Made by a program: the position numbers and the translations under genes | Assembly (NCBI GenBank): GCA_029856125.1 | Contig: JAHQWJ010000120.1 | Location: 32,001 to 96,000, forward strand | Length of the DNA: 64,000 nucleotides | From: Promethearchaeia archaeon | GTDB taxonomy: Archaea; Asgardarchaeota; Lokiarchaeia; Sigyniarchaeales; SOKP01 | Direction of reading: 5' to 3' | Notes under the pieces: model-generated | Told to the model about the DNA's origin: nothing | The model's input: only the letters and a program-made list of their open reading frames with translations | Databases searched by the model: none | Shown here: one piece after another, positions 56,295-64,000 of the stretch | Position numbering within the stretch: position 1 is the stretch's first letter | Layout of the letters: every line of letters begins with the position of its first letter

Positions 56295-56504
56295 TTTTAT
56301 TATTTCTCCAATTTTAACTATAATTAGATATATTTCTCTTAATTATTAAAAATGATTCTAATATTTGTTAACTCTTTTATCTTTTCTTATTAAATTCTTT
56401 ATCAGAAATCCTAAGTTTACTTTAGTAAAATCAAACTTCATATTAATTTCGCTTTTTAATTATAAATCCTAACTCTATCTTATAGATCTAAAAAGTTTGA
56501 AGTT

Positions 56505-57944
56505 ATGACACTAAATATTGAGAGAAGAGAATTGCATGGGAAGCGGTTAATTGGATACGCTTCTGGAAATTTTGGTCTTTCATTAGTTAATATATTTACT
56601 GGCACATTTATTTTCCAGTTTTACGTATATACTATCAATCTTAGCTCCATTTTGGTATCTGTTGGTCTAATAATTAATTCAATTTTAATAGCAATTTTTG
56701 CAATTATATCCGGAGTAATTGTAGATAATAAAAAACCTAGTAAAAGGGGAAAGAGAAAAATCTTCCTTATCCTTGGGCTTCCTATTTGGTTTTCAGCTAA
56801 TATTTTTCTTTGGCTCCCTCCTTGGTATTGTCCACCTTCAAATTCGTTTTTCTTACCGACAGCCCTATATTTCTGGTTCATGATAAGTATAAAAGCAGTA
56901 TTTGGAACTTTAATATTCACTACATACCTATCTATGCTTCCAGAACAATCTCAAACATCAGAAAATAGAAAAAAGGTTGCCTCAATAAGGGTAATATTCT
57001 CTATTACTGCTTCTGTATTGGCACTATTGATGCCGTTAACTATCCAAAGCTTATTGGAAGATCCTGAAAATGCTAAGTGGTGGCAAAGCTCGGGAAATAT
57101 TATCGTTACTTTAATGCCTATAATTGGTATCAGTTTTGCGTTATTTGGATCAGTTACTATAATTTTTACTTACCTCTCTGTAGACGAAAGCTTTCATAAT
57201 CAATACGAGTTACAAAATGAAAAAAAAAAAGTAAAAGATGCTTTCAGAGCCATTTTTTATCCTTTAACCGACAGAAATTATAACAAACTGTTATTAGTGC
57301 AATTCTTTGCAAGGACTACTGGAAAAGTGTTAGCTATCTTAATTATACCGTTAATTACTTATGTTCTTTTATTCAAAGATAATGACTTTTATATCTACAT
57401 AATAGTATCTATTACTAGTAAGCTAACATGGTATATTTTCTGGAGACAGTTCTTTAAAAACAAAACTCTTATTACTAAATATGCCGTTTGTCTATTGCTA
57501 GCAGGGATAGGGACCATTCTAGTAATAATCTTTATTATTCCTATAGGAAATTTCTTACTTATAGTAATATTGTTTTTCATTACAGAGGGGACTATTCTCG
57601 GGGCGTTATACGCCTTCCCATTATTTTCCATTCCCTTAGGGGCAAATCTAGTTCATGATGCAGCAAAAAATATTGATAGTGAATCTCTTGATAGAGCCTT
57701 GTCGTCTCTTTCCGGGTCTTATTATGGAGCCCTAAATTTTATTAGTTCCATGGGGCAAACCGTTGGATCACTCATTGTAGGCTTTATATTAATTGGTCCT
57801 AATGAAAAAAATCCAACAATAATAGTATTATTGTATTCTTCAATTGGAATATTATATTTTATCAGTATTATTTTCTTGAAAAAAATTAGAATTTATGAAG
57901 AACAAATTAAAGTTGAAATAGATATGTCTCAGACTATTAACTAA
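56505..57944 (+). CDS. GPH-family MFS transporter
   Basis: GYASGNFG, G..VD....SKRGKRK.F, SMLPE.S.T...R, about 12 TM segments. Confidence 0.85.
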   Translation: MTLNIERRELHGKRLIGYASGNFGLSLVNIFTGTFIFQFYVYTINLSSILVSVGLIINSILIAIFAIISGVIVDNKKPSKRGKRKIFLILGLPIWFSANIFLWLPPWYCPPSNSFFLPTALYFWFMISIKAVFGTLIFTTYLSMLPEQSQTSENRKKVASIRVIFSITASVLALLMPLTIQSLLEDPENAKWWQSSGNIIVTLMPIIGISFALFGSVTIIFTYLSVDESFHNQYELQNEKKKVKDAFRAIFYPLTDRNYNKLLLVQFFARTTGKVLAILIIPLITYVLLFKDNDFYIYIIVSITSKLTWYIFWRQFFKNKTLITKYAVCLLLAGIGTILVIIFIIPIGNFLLIVILFFITEGTILGALYAFPLFSIPLGANLVHDAAKNIDSESLDRALSSLSGSYYGALNFISSMGQTVGSLIVGFILIGPNEKNPTIIVLLYSSIGILYFISIIFLKKIRIYEEQIKVEIDMSQTIN

Positions 57945-57975
57945 CTATTACTGATTCTTGTAATTATGACTTTCA

Positions 57976-58805
57976 ATTTTCAACTCACTTGCCAATAAAC
58001 TCTGGTTCTTTCTTATCGTTAATAGCAAACACTCCAATTTTAAAATCTTGTGTTTCTGCTGATTTGATCTGCATTTGCCGTTCGTTTTCAAGATGATTTA
58101 TTAGAGATTCGCTTAAAGCATCAAAAAATAATTTTTTTGTGCGTGCGTATGTTAGCGTAGGACCACTCGCAAGTTTAGATGCCATCTCATGAGCTCTACT
58201 TATTAATCTTTCGGGGTCAACAACTTCATTTACAAGCCCTAGTTTAAACATATCCTCTGCTGTATATGTATCTCCAAAAAACGCCATCTGAGTTGCTTGT
58301 TGCCAAGTTAACTGGCGGCTAAGCAGTATAGTTCCTGCAAACCCGGGAATTAACGCAAGCTTGCTAAACGATTGTTTGAATTTTGCTGTATTTGATGCTA
58401 TAACTAAATCACAAGATAGCGCAAGATTCATTCCCGCTCCTACGGCCCATCCATTCACCGCTGCTATAACGGGTTTTGGATATTGGCGCAAGATAAGTGC
58501 GATCTTATATAGATTCTTTAATAAATCATCCATGAATTCACCAGGTTTCCCTACTTCAATACTTTCCTTAAAAGCTTTTATATCACCACCTGCAGAAAAA
58601 GCTTTACCAGAGCCCGTGATCATCAAGCATCTTATGTCTTCTTTATTCCGAAGCTGCTCTAAAACTTCAAGCAATTCTTCAGCCATCATTTGATTTAGAG
58701 GATTGTAATTTTCTGGATCATTAAGAACAATTTTGGCAACTTTGTCAATTATTTCTAATCTTACTTTACTTTCCATTTAATTTCACCTTTATTTACTCCA
58801 CATTC
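57976..58805. repeat. 830-bp diverged direct repeat, copy 1 (copy 2 at 62576..63405)
   Basis: Crotonase gene plus shared flanks ATTTTCAAC and TATTTAC[T/C]CCACATTC; both ends offset by exactly 4600 bp. Confidence 0.85.
57985..58776 (-). CDS. Crotonase-family protein (PaaG-like), copy 1
   Basis: AFSAGGDI, PKPVIAAVNG.AVGAG..LALSCD, GPT..Y...K. Confidence 0.9.
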   Translation of the reverse strand: MESKVRLEIIDKVAKIVLNDPENYNPLNQMMAEELLEVLEQLRNKEDIRCLMITGSGKAFSAGGDIKAFKESIEVGKPGEFMDDLLKNLYKIALILRQYPKPVIAAVNGWAVGAGMNLALSCDLVIASNTAKFKQSFSKLALIPGFAGTILLSRQLTWQQATQMAFFGDTYTAEDMFKLGLVNEVVDPERLISRAHEMASKLASGPTLTYARTKKLFFDALSESLINHLENERQMQIKSAETQDFKIGVFAINDKKEPEFIGK

Positions 58806-59029
58806 ATTTTCTTCTTTCGAATAATAATGTAACCGGTTTGGCATACAAGAGTATCAAAACTTTAATTCCAGATATTCAAAAATTATGTGTGCCGACATAA
58901 TTCAATAATTAAATATGCCTAATAACTTTTTAATTTCTTTTATTTAATATATTTATTACATAAGTAAATGAAAAAAAATCAGACAATATCTTTAACTATT
59001 CTCTTATTTTATTTTAAAGTTAGATATAT

Positions 59030-60508
59030 ATGAATGTTTTAAAGAACTATATTAATGGAGAGTTTATAAATTCCGAAAGTAAACGATTTTTTGAATTTAT
59101 AAATCCCGCTTTAGACGAACCTCTCGGTAAAATCCCTATTTCAACAAAAGAGGAAGTACATAGAGCGGTCGAAGCAGCTAAGTTAGCATTTCTAGAGTGG
59201 AGAAAAGTACCTGGTATTAAGAGAATTCAACCTTTTTTCCGGTTATTGGCCTTAATTAAAGAAAATGTTAATGCTATCGCAGAATCTGTTGTAATAAATC
59301 ATGGTAAGGAATGGAATGCCGCAGTAGGAGAAGTCACCCGGACTTACCAAATGATTGAAGCATCACTTTCGGTGCCTGAATATCAAAAAGGTCAGTACAT
59401 GTCTAACATTGCATTGGGAATAGATGAATATTCTATTCTCGAGCCTTTAGGTGTTTTCATCATGATTCCCCCATTTAATTTTCCTGCGATGGTTCCTTTC
59501 TGGTTTTGGCCATTTGCTGTTGCTTCGGGTAATGCTTATATAATAAAATCAAATGAGCAAACACCGTTGGCTTTACAACACATATTCAAATATATTGATG
59601 AAGCTGGATTTCCCCCAGGAGTTATTAATTATATTCATGGTGATGTGGAAGTTGCAAATCAATTAATTGAACATCCTGATGTTGTTGGTGTATCAAGTGT
59701 AGGGTCTACTCCTGTAGCTCAAGCTATTTATACAAAAGCAAGCAATTTGTTTAAACGAGCCCAGTGCCATGGAGGAGCTAATAATTTTTTGGTTGTTACA
59801 GAAAATGCTAATGTTGAGAAAATTATGACTAACTTAATGAATACACTTTTTGGCAACTCTGGGCAACGTTGTTTATCTGGAGCTGTAATTATGATTGTAG
59901 GAAACCAAAATTTTTATAATAACTTTAAGAAGCAACTTCTAAAAGCGACAACTTCGCTTAAAGTTGGATATGGTATGGATAAAGAAACTTTTATGGGACC
60001 TATAGTATCGAAGAAATCTCTGGGTAAACTTAACGATCAAATTCAAAACGGAATTGATGAAGGAGCAGCTTTATTCTTAGACGGGCGGGGAATCCAAGTG
60101 CCAGGGTATGAGAAAGGGTATTTCTTAGGGCCGTGTTTATTTGAAAATGCTAAACCCGGGATGAAAATCTATGATGAAGAAGTCTTTGGACCGGTTGCGT
60201 GCCTTGATCTTGTGAACTCTATTGAGGAAGCTGTAAAAATAATCAATCAAAACCCTAAAGGAAATGCAGTGACAATTTACACTGAAAGTGGAGAAGAAGC
60301 ACGTTTTTTCCGGAGTGAGGTTCATAACATCCAAACAGGTATTAATATTGGTGTTGTAGCACCTCTCGCATGGTTCCCTTTTGCTGGTTCGAAAGATTCA
60401 TTCTTTGGTACGCTTCGAGCTCAAGGATATGAGGGTGTAAAGTTTTTTACTCAAGAGCGTGTAATAATTGAGAGATTCCATGGGAGCACTAAGATTGAAT
60501 GGGATTAA
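59030..60508 (+). CDS. mmsA: CoA-acylating (methyl)malonate-semialdehyde dehydrogenase
   Basis: PPFNFPAMVPFWF.PFA.A.GN, VGSTPVA, RAQCHGGANN, GQRC, EEVFGP, GIN.GV.AP.AWFPF.G.K.SFFG. Confidence 0.88.
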   Translation: MNVLKNYINGEFINSESKRFFEFINPALDEPLGKIPISTKEEVHRAVEAAKLAFLEWRKVPGIKRIQPFFRLLALIKENVNAIAESVVINHGKEWNAAVGEVTRTYQMIEASLSVPEYQKGQYMSNIALGIDEYSILEPLGVFIMIPPFNFPAMVPFWFWPFAVASGNAYIIKSNEQTPLALQHIFKYIDEAGFPPGVINYIHGDVEVANQLIEHPDVVGVSSVGSTPVAQAIYTKASNLFKRAQCHGGANNFLVVTENANVEKIMTNLMNTLFGNSGQRCLSGAVIMIVGNQNFYNNFKKQLLKATTSLKVGYGMDKETFMGPIVSKKSLGKLNDQIQNGIDEGAALFLDGRGIQVPGYEKGYFLGPCLFENAKPGMKIYDEEVFGPVACLDLVNSIEEAVKIINQNPKGNAVTIYTESGEEARFFRSEVHNIQTGINIGVVAPLAWFPFAGSKDSFFGTLRAQGYEGVKFFTQERVIIERFHGSTKIEWD

Positions 60509-60547
60509 TAGCTAAAAATAATAAAAAATTATAATTAAGTGAAAAAA

Positions 60548-61855
60548 ATGGTAAACCAAGATAAAAAATTAGTAGAGAATAAGTTTGAAACAGCTTTCAC
60601 GATGGCTACATCCAGTATCAAGTATGGCCCTGGCGTAACCCATGAAGTTGGGTATGACATGAAAAAACTTGGTTCCAATCGAGTTTTGGTAGTTACAGAT
60701 CCAAATTTGTCAAAAAGTGAACCCGTTTCCGTCGTCCTTGAGGTTTTACAAGAAGAAAAGATGGATGCTGTCTTGTTTGATAGAGCACGGGTTGAACCTA
60801 CTGATCACTCTTTCAAAGAGGTGATTAAATTCGCAATTGAGGGTAATTTTGATGGATTTATTGGTGTTGGGGGTGGCTCAAGCATGGATACAGCTAAGGT
60901 TGCTAACTTATACTCGACTTATCCAGCAGACTTTTTGACTTATGTCAACGCTCCAATTGGGAAAGGACTTCCCATACCAGGACCTCTAAAACCTATGATA
61001 GCAGTTCCAACAACTGCAGGTACTGGAAGTGAAACAACAGGAGTCGCAATTTTCGATTTAGAAGCAATGCGTGCCAAAACTGGTATTGCGCATCGCGCAT
61101 TACGACCTATAATGGGAATTATTGATCCAAATAATACTCGGACTGTGCCAAAGATCGCCGCTGCCTCTTGTGCTTTTGATGTTCTATGTCACGCGTTGGA
61201 ATCAATAACGGCTATCCCATATCATAAACGTTTTGCTCCTGAAAGCCTCGAGATGCGACCTGCGTATCAAGGTGCTAACCCTATTAGCCATCTTTGGGCG
61301 TCTAAGGCAATTGAAATGGTTTCGAAAAACATGGTACGCGTAGATCAAGATCCTTCTGATGATGAAGCGCGAGCTGAAATGATCTTGGCAGCTACATTTG
61401 CAGGTATAGGTTTTGGTAATGCAGGGGTTCATTTAGCTCACGGAATGTCCTATCCGGTCTCAGGAATGGTAAGGGAATACATGCCTGAAGGAGTTAAATC
61501 AGATCATCCAATAATTCCGCACGGTATGGGTGTGGTACTTGTTTCACCAGCTGTATTTCGTTTTACTGCAAAGACAAATCCAGAATTACATTTAGAATCA
61601 GCCAAACTGATGGGCGTTAATATATCTAACGCTGATAATAAGGATGCAGGCGAAATTATTGCTAACGAAATTATTAAATTAATGCGAGCCACAAAAATGC
61701 CAAACGGTTTAAGTGCCGTTGGTTATGGACTAAACGATATTGAGGAATTAGTTCAGAAAACTTTACCACAGCATCGTGTAACAAAACTTTCCCCAAGACC
61801 AGCCAGTGCCGAAGATCTTAGACAGCTCTTCACAGAATCAATGACATTGTGGTAA
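60548..61855 (+). CDS. Hydroxyacid-oxoacid transhydrogenase (ADHFE1/HOT type)
   Basis: AF.MA.S.I.YG.GVT.EVG.D, GGGSSMDT, YVNAPIGKG, TTAGTGSETTG, DVLCHALES, RPAYQG.NPIS, GNAGVHL.HGMSYP, PHG; ATG at 60548 (alternative GTG at 60539). Confidence 0.92.
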   Translation: MVNQDKKLVENKFETAFTMATSSIKYGPGVTHEVGYDMKKLGSNRVLVVTDPNLSKSEPVSVVLEVLQEEKMDAVLFDRARVEPTDHSFKEVIKFAIEGNFDGFIGVGGGSSMDTAKVANLYSTYPADFLTYVNAPIGKGLPIPGPLKPMIAVPTTAGTGSETTGVAIFDLEAMRAKTGIAHRALRPIMGIIDPNNTRTVPKIAAASCAFDVLCHALESITAIPYHKRFAPESLEMRPAYQGANPISHLWASKAIEMVSKNMVRVDQDPSDDEARAEMILAATFAGIGFGNAGVHLAHGMSYPVSGMVREYMPEGVKSDHPIIPHGMGVVLVSPAVFRFTAKTNPELHLESAKLMGVNISNADNKDAGEIIANEIIKLMRATKMPNGLSAVGYGLNDIEELVQKTLPQHRVTKLSPRPASAEDLRQLFTESMTLW

Positions 61856-61866
61856 ACTAATAATAA

Positions 61867-61882
61867 TTTTTTTTTATATTTT
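61867..61882 (+). terminator. Oligo-T terminator candidate
   Basis: T-run after the HOT stop, between convergent genes. Confidence 0.4.
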
Positions 61883-61896
61883 CTCCTTAAATTTTG

Positions 61897-62556
61897 TTAA
61901 TCCTTTCTTCCTACTGGGCAAGATTCAATGCATATATTACACCAAATCACAGTATTTTCTGACAGATTTTTTAAATTCTTTAGACAATAATTACGGCATA
62001 AATCTTTATTATACTTTCCTCCTTCTAAAGCCCCTGCAGGGCAAGATTCAACACAAATGTTACAATTTTTGCAATAGTCACTCTCATGAATAGGGGTGCC
62101 ATAAGATAGTTTTGCATCCGTTACCAATGACCTTAACCTTACTTGAGCTCCATAGGTTTTCGTGATAAGGAGATTATTTTTTCCAATAGGACCAATTCCT
62201 GCTAGAACCGCAGCATCTTTTAAAAAAAGTCCTGGCTCATAAGATATAATTTTTGAATTGAAGCCTTTTTTGGCTAAAAAATTCTTTATTCGATGACATT
62301 GATTTAGTAATATTAAATCAGCAAAGTGATAGCTTCTTCCTTTAACTTCGTCTCTATTCCAAGCATCTAAGCTAATATCATACAGGTGAAATCCGATTAC
62401 AACAACAGTTTTAGAATTACTAAGATACGAATCAGGTCTATGTTTTTTACTAAAAATATTGAATTTAGTTGTATCAGAAAACCCAACAAAGTCTATATCG
62501 ATTTTTTCACAATATTCAATAAGCTCCTTTGTAAGATTGTTAATTGGTTCCATCAT
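61897..62556 (-). CDS. QueG/reductive-dehalogenase-like two-[4Fe-4S] protein
   Basis: K.AAVLAGIG.IGKNNLLIT..YG..VRL....TD, CKNCNICVESCPAGAL, C...C, WCNICIESCP. Confidence 0.85.
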   Translation of the reverse strand: MMEPINNLTKELIEYCEKIDIDFVGFSDTTKFNIFSKKHRPDSYLSNSKTVVVIGFHLYDISLDAWNRDEVKGRSYHFADLILLNQCHRIKNFLAKKGFNSKIISYEPGLFLKDAAVLAGIGPIGKNNLLITKTYGAQVRLRSLVTDAKLSYGTPIHESDYCKNCNICVESCPAGALEGGKYNKDLCRNYCLKNLKNLSENTVIWCNICIESCPVGRKD

Positions 62557-62575
62557 TCTGAGTTGTTATATCTTT

Positions 62576-63405
62576 ATTTTCAACTCATTTGCCAATAAAC
62601 TCTGGTTCTTTTTTATCGTTAATAGCAAACACGCCAATCTTAAAATCTTGCGTTTCTGCTGATTTGATCTGCATTTGTCGTTCGTTTTCAAGATGTTCTA
62701 TCAATGGTCCGCTTAAAGCATCGAAAAAAAGTTTTTTCGTCCGCGCATATGTTAATGTTGGACCACTAGCTAATTTAGTTGCCATCTCATTGGCTCGTTC
62801 TAGTAATCTCTCTGGGTCAACAACTTCATTTACGAGACCTAGTTTAAGCATGTCATCTGCTGTATATGTATCGCCGAAAAATGCCATCTCAGTTGCTTGT
62901 TGCCATGTTAATTGACGGCTAAGAAGCATAGTTCCAGCAAATCCTGGAATTAACGCAAGCTTGCTAAATGATTGTCTAAATTTCGCTTTATTTGAAGCTA
63001 TAATTAAATCACAAGAGAGCGCAAGATTCATTCCCGCTCCTACAGCCCATCCATTTACAGCTGCTACTATGGGTTTTGGATATTGACGTAAAACAAGCGC
63101 AATTGTATAGAGACTTTTCAATAATTCGTCCATATATTCACCTGGTCTCCCCTGTTCAATACTTTCCTTAAAAGCTTTTATATCTCCACCCGCGGAAAAA
63201 GCTTTTCCAGAACCAGTAATCATCAAGCATCTCACATTTTCGTCATCCCTAAGCCTTTCTAAAACTTCAAGTAACTCTTTTCCCATCTCTTGATTTAAAG
63301 GATTGTAATTTGCTGCATCGTTGAGAACAATATTTGCAACCTTTCCATCTATATCTATTTTAACTTTTCTCTCCAAGTTTAATCACTCCTATTTACCCCA
63401 CATTC
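62576..63405. repeat. 830-bp diverged direct repeat, copy 2
   Basis: Same gene and flanks as copy 1 at 57976..58805. Confidence 0.85.
62585..63376 (-). CDS. Crotonase-family protein (PaaG-like), copy 2
   Basis: 40 differences in 263 aa versus copy 1 by manual count (~85% identity); TTG start after GGAGTGA. Confidence 0.9.
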   Translation of the reverse strand: MERKVKIDIDGKVANIVLNDAANYNPLNQEMGKELLEVLERLRDDENVRCLMITGSGKAFSAGGDIKAFKESIEQGRPGEYMDELLKSLYTIALVLRQYPKPIVAAVNGWAVGAGMNLALSCDLIIASNKAKFRQSFSKLALIPGFAGTMLLSRQLTWQQATEMAFFGDTYTADDMLKLGLVNEVVDPERLLERANEMATKLASGPTLTYARTKKLFFDALSGPLIEHLENERQMQIKSAETQDFKIGVFAINDKKEPEFIGK

Positions 63406-64000
63406 TGATCATTTCTCTTGTAATAAGATATCTCATAATTTCTGATGTACCTGCTGATATTTGCCCGATTTTAGCATCTCTATAATATCGTTCTAGTGGG
63501 TATTCTTCAGTATATCCCAAACCACCAACAACTTGAATCGCTTCTTGTGTAATTCGTACAGTGGCATCAGCTATATTAGTTTTCAATGCTGCAACTGTTG
63601 CTCTACAGTAATGACCATCATCAAGCATTCGCGCAATTTGCACCATTGCTATTCGATTTAATTCTATATCCATGAACATTTCGGCAAGTTTAAAGTTAAT
63701 TCCTTCCATCTTATACAATGTTTTTCCAAATTGTTCACGTTTATGCGCATATCGGTAAGCAATTTCAAACGCGCTTCTTGCTAAACCAACGTATTGAGAT
63801 GCTGTAAAAGTACGTTCACCATCTAATCCATAAAGTAGCACATCAAGGCCTTCATTTTCCTTGTGAAGTATATTTTCAACAGGGACTTTACAATTGGTAA
63901 ATCTTAAATGCGAGTTTGGCATTCCTCTCCTTCCCATATGCTTATAATCCTTAACCACTTCGAATCCCGGTGTAACTGTCTCAAAAATAAAGGCAGTTAT
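63389..64000 (-). CDS. Acyl-CoA dehydrogenase, 5'-truncated by the window edge
   Basis: Frame open to 64000 (ITAFIFETVTPGFEVVK...); GLDGERT, REQFGK, QVVGGLGY..EYP.ERYYRDAK..QI.AGTSEI; catalytic Glu placed as in isovaleryl-CoA dehydrogenase. Confidence 0.92.
   Translation of the reverse strand: MTAFIFETVTPGFEVVKDYKHMGRRGMPNSHLRFTNCKVPVENILHKENEGLDVLLYGLDGERTFTASQYVGLARSAFEIAYRYAHKREQFGKTLYKMEGINFKLAEMFMDIELNRIAMVQIARMLDDGHYCRATVAALKTNIADATVRITQEAIQVVGGLGYTEEYPLERYYRDAKIGQISAGTSEIMRYLITREMIRMWGK

Noticed and set aside
1287-62915. Many 60-130 aa ORFs overlapping longer genes (e.g. 1287..1502, 20469..20789, 28862..29257, 55543..55875, 58361..58693, 62589..62915)
   Set aside because: Antisense or off-frame shadows of well-supported genes with no recognisable motifs; similarity between 4899..5093 and 6007..6204 only mirrors the paralogous sense genes
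1-64000. CRISPR arrays, tRNA/rRNA genes, IS elements, integrases
   Set aside because: No regularly spaced repeats, no GC-rich structured RNA segments and no transposase or recombinase motifs seen; intergenic gaps are short and AT-rich
1-64000. Selenoprotein (UGA readthrough) or SECIS candidates
   Set aside because: Genes ending in TGA appear full length for their families, and the 10351-10395 hairpin follows a TAA-ending gene with no in-frame UGA

Overview
AT-rich, gene-dense archaeal window, most likely from an Asgard archaeon (Lokiarchaeia/Promethearchaeota). The assignment rests on two Rab-like small GTPases without prenylation motifs, longin-, TIR-, TPR-, HEAT- and LRR-domain proteins, an expanded UroD/MtaA-like family and many acyl-CoA enzymes. 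It holds about 47 CDSs. I found no rRNA, tRNA, CRISPR array or mobile element. Main blocks: (1) thiolase, DUF35 protein and methylmalonyl-CoA mutase, interrupted by a signalling island (tandem wHTH-TPR protein, Rab-like GTPase, two paralogous 7TM-longin fusion proteins); (2) a 2-oxoacid:ferredoxin oxidoreductase operon whose beta subunit is circularly permuted inside its TPP-binding motif; (3) valS within a glycan/sulfate/UroD-like locus (five UroD-family genes, GH36-like, GH172, sulfatase, sugar symporter); (4) a second cluster with HEAT, Rab-like GTPase coupled to a TrmB-like regulator, and HEAT-LRR genes; (5) acyl-CoA and short hydroxy-acid catabolism (TPP enzyme, FadD, ACADs, AbfD, MmsA, HOT, a duplicated crotonase) plus pyrG. 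The best candidates for undescribed biology are the 7TM-longin pair beside a small GTPase and the permuted PorB. All calls come from reading motifs by eye; no database searches were run.
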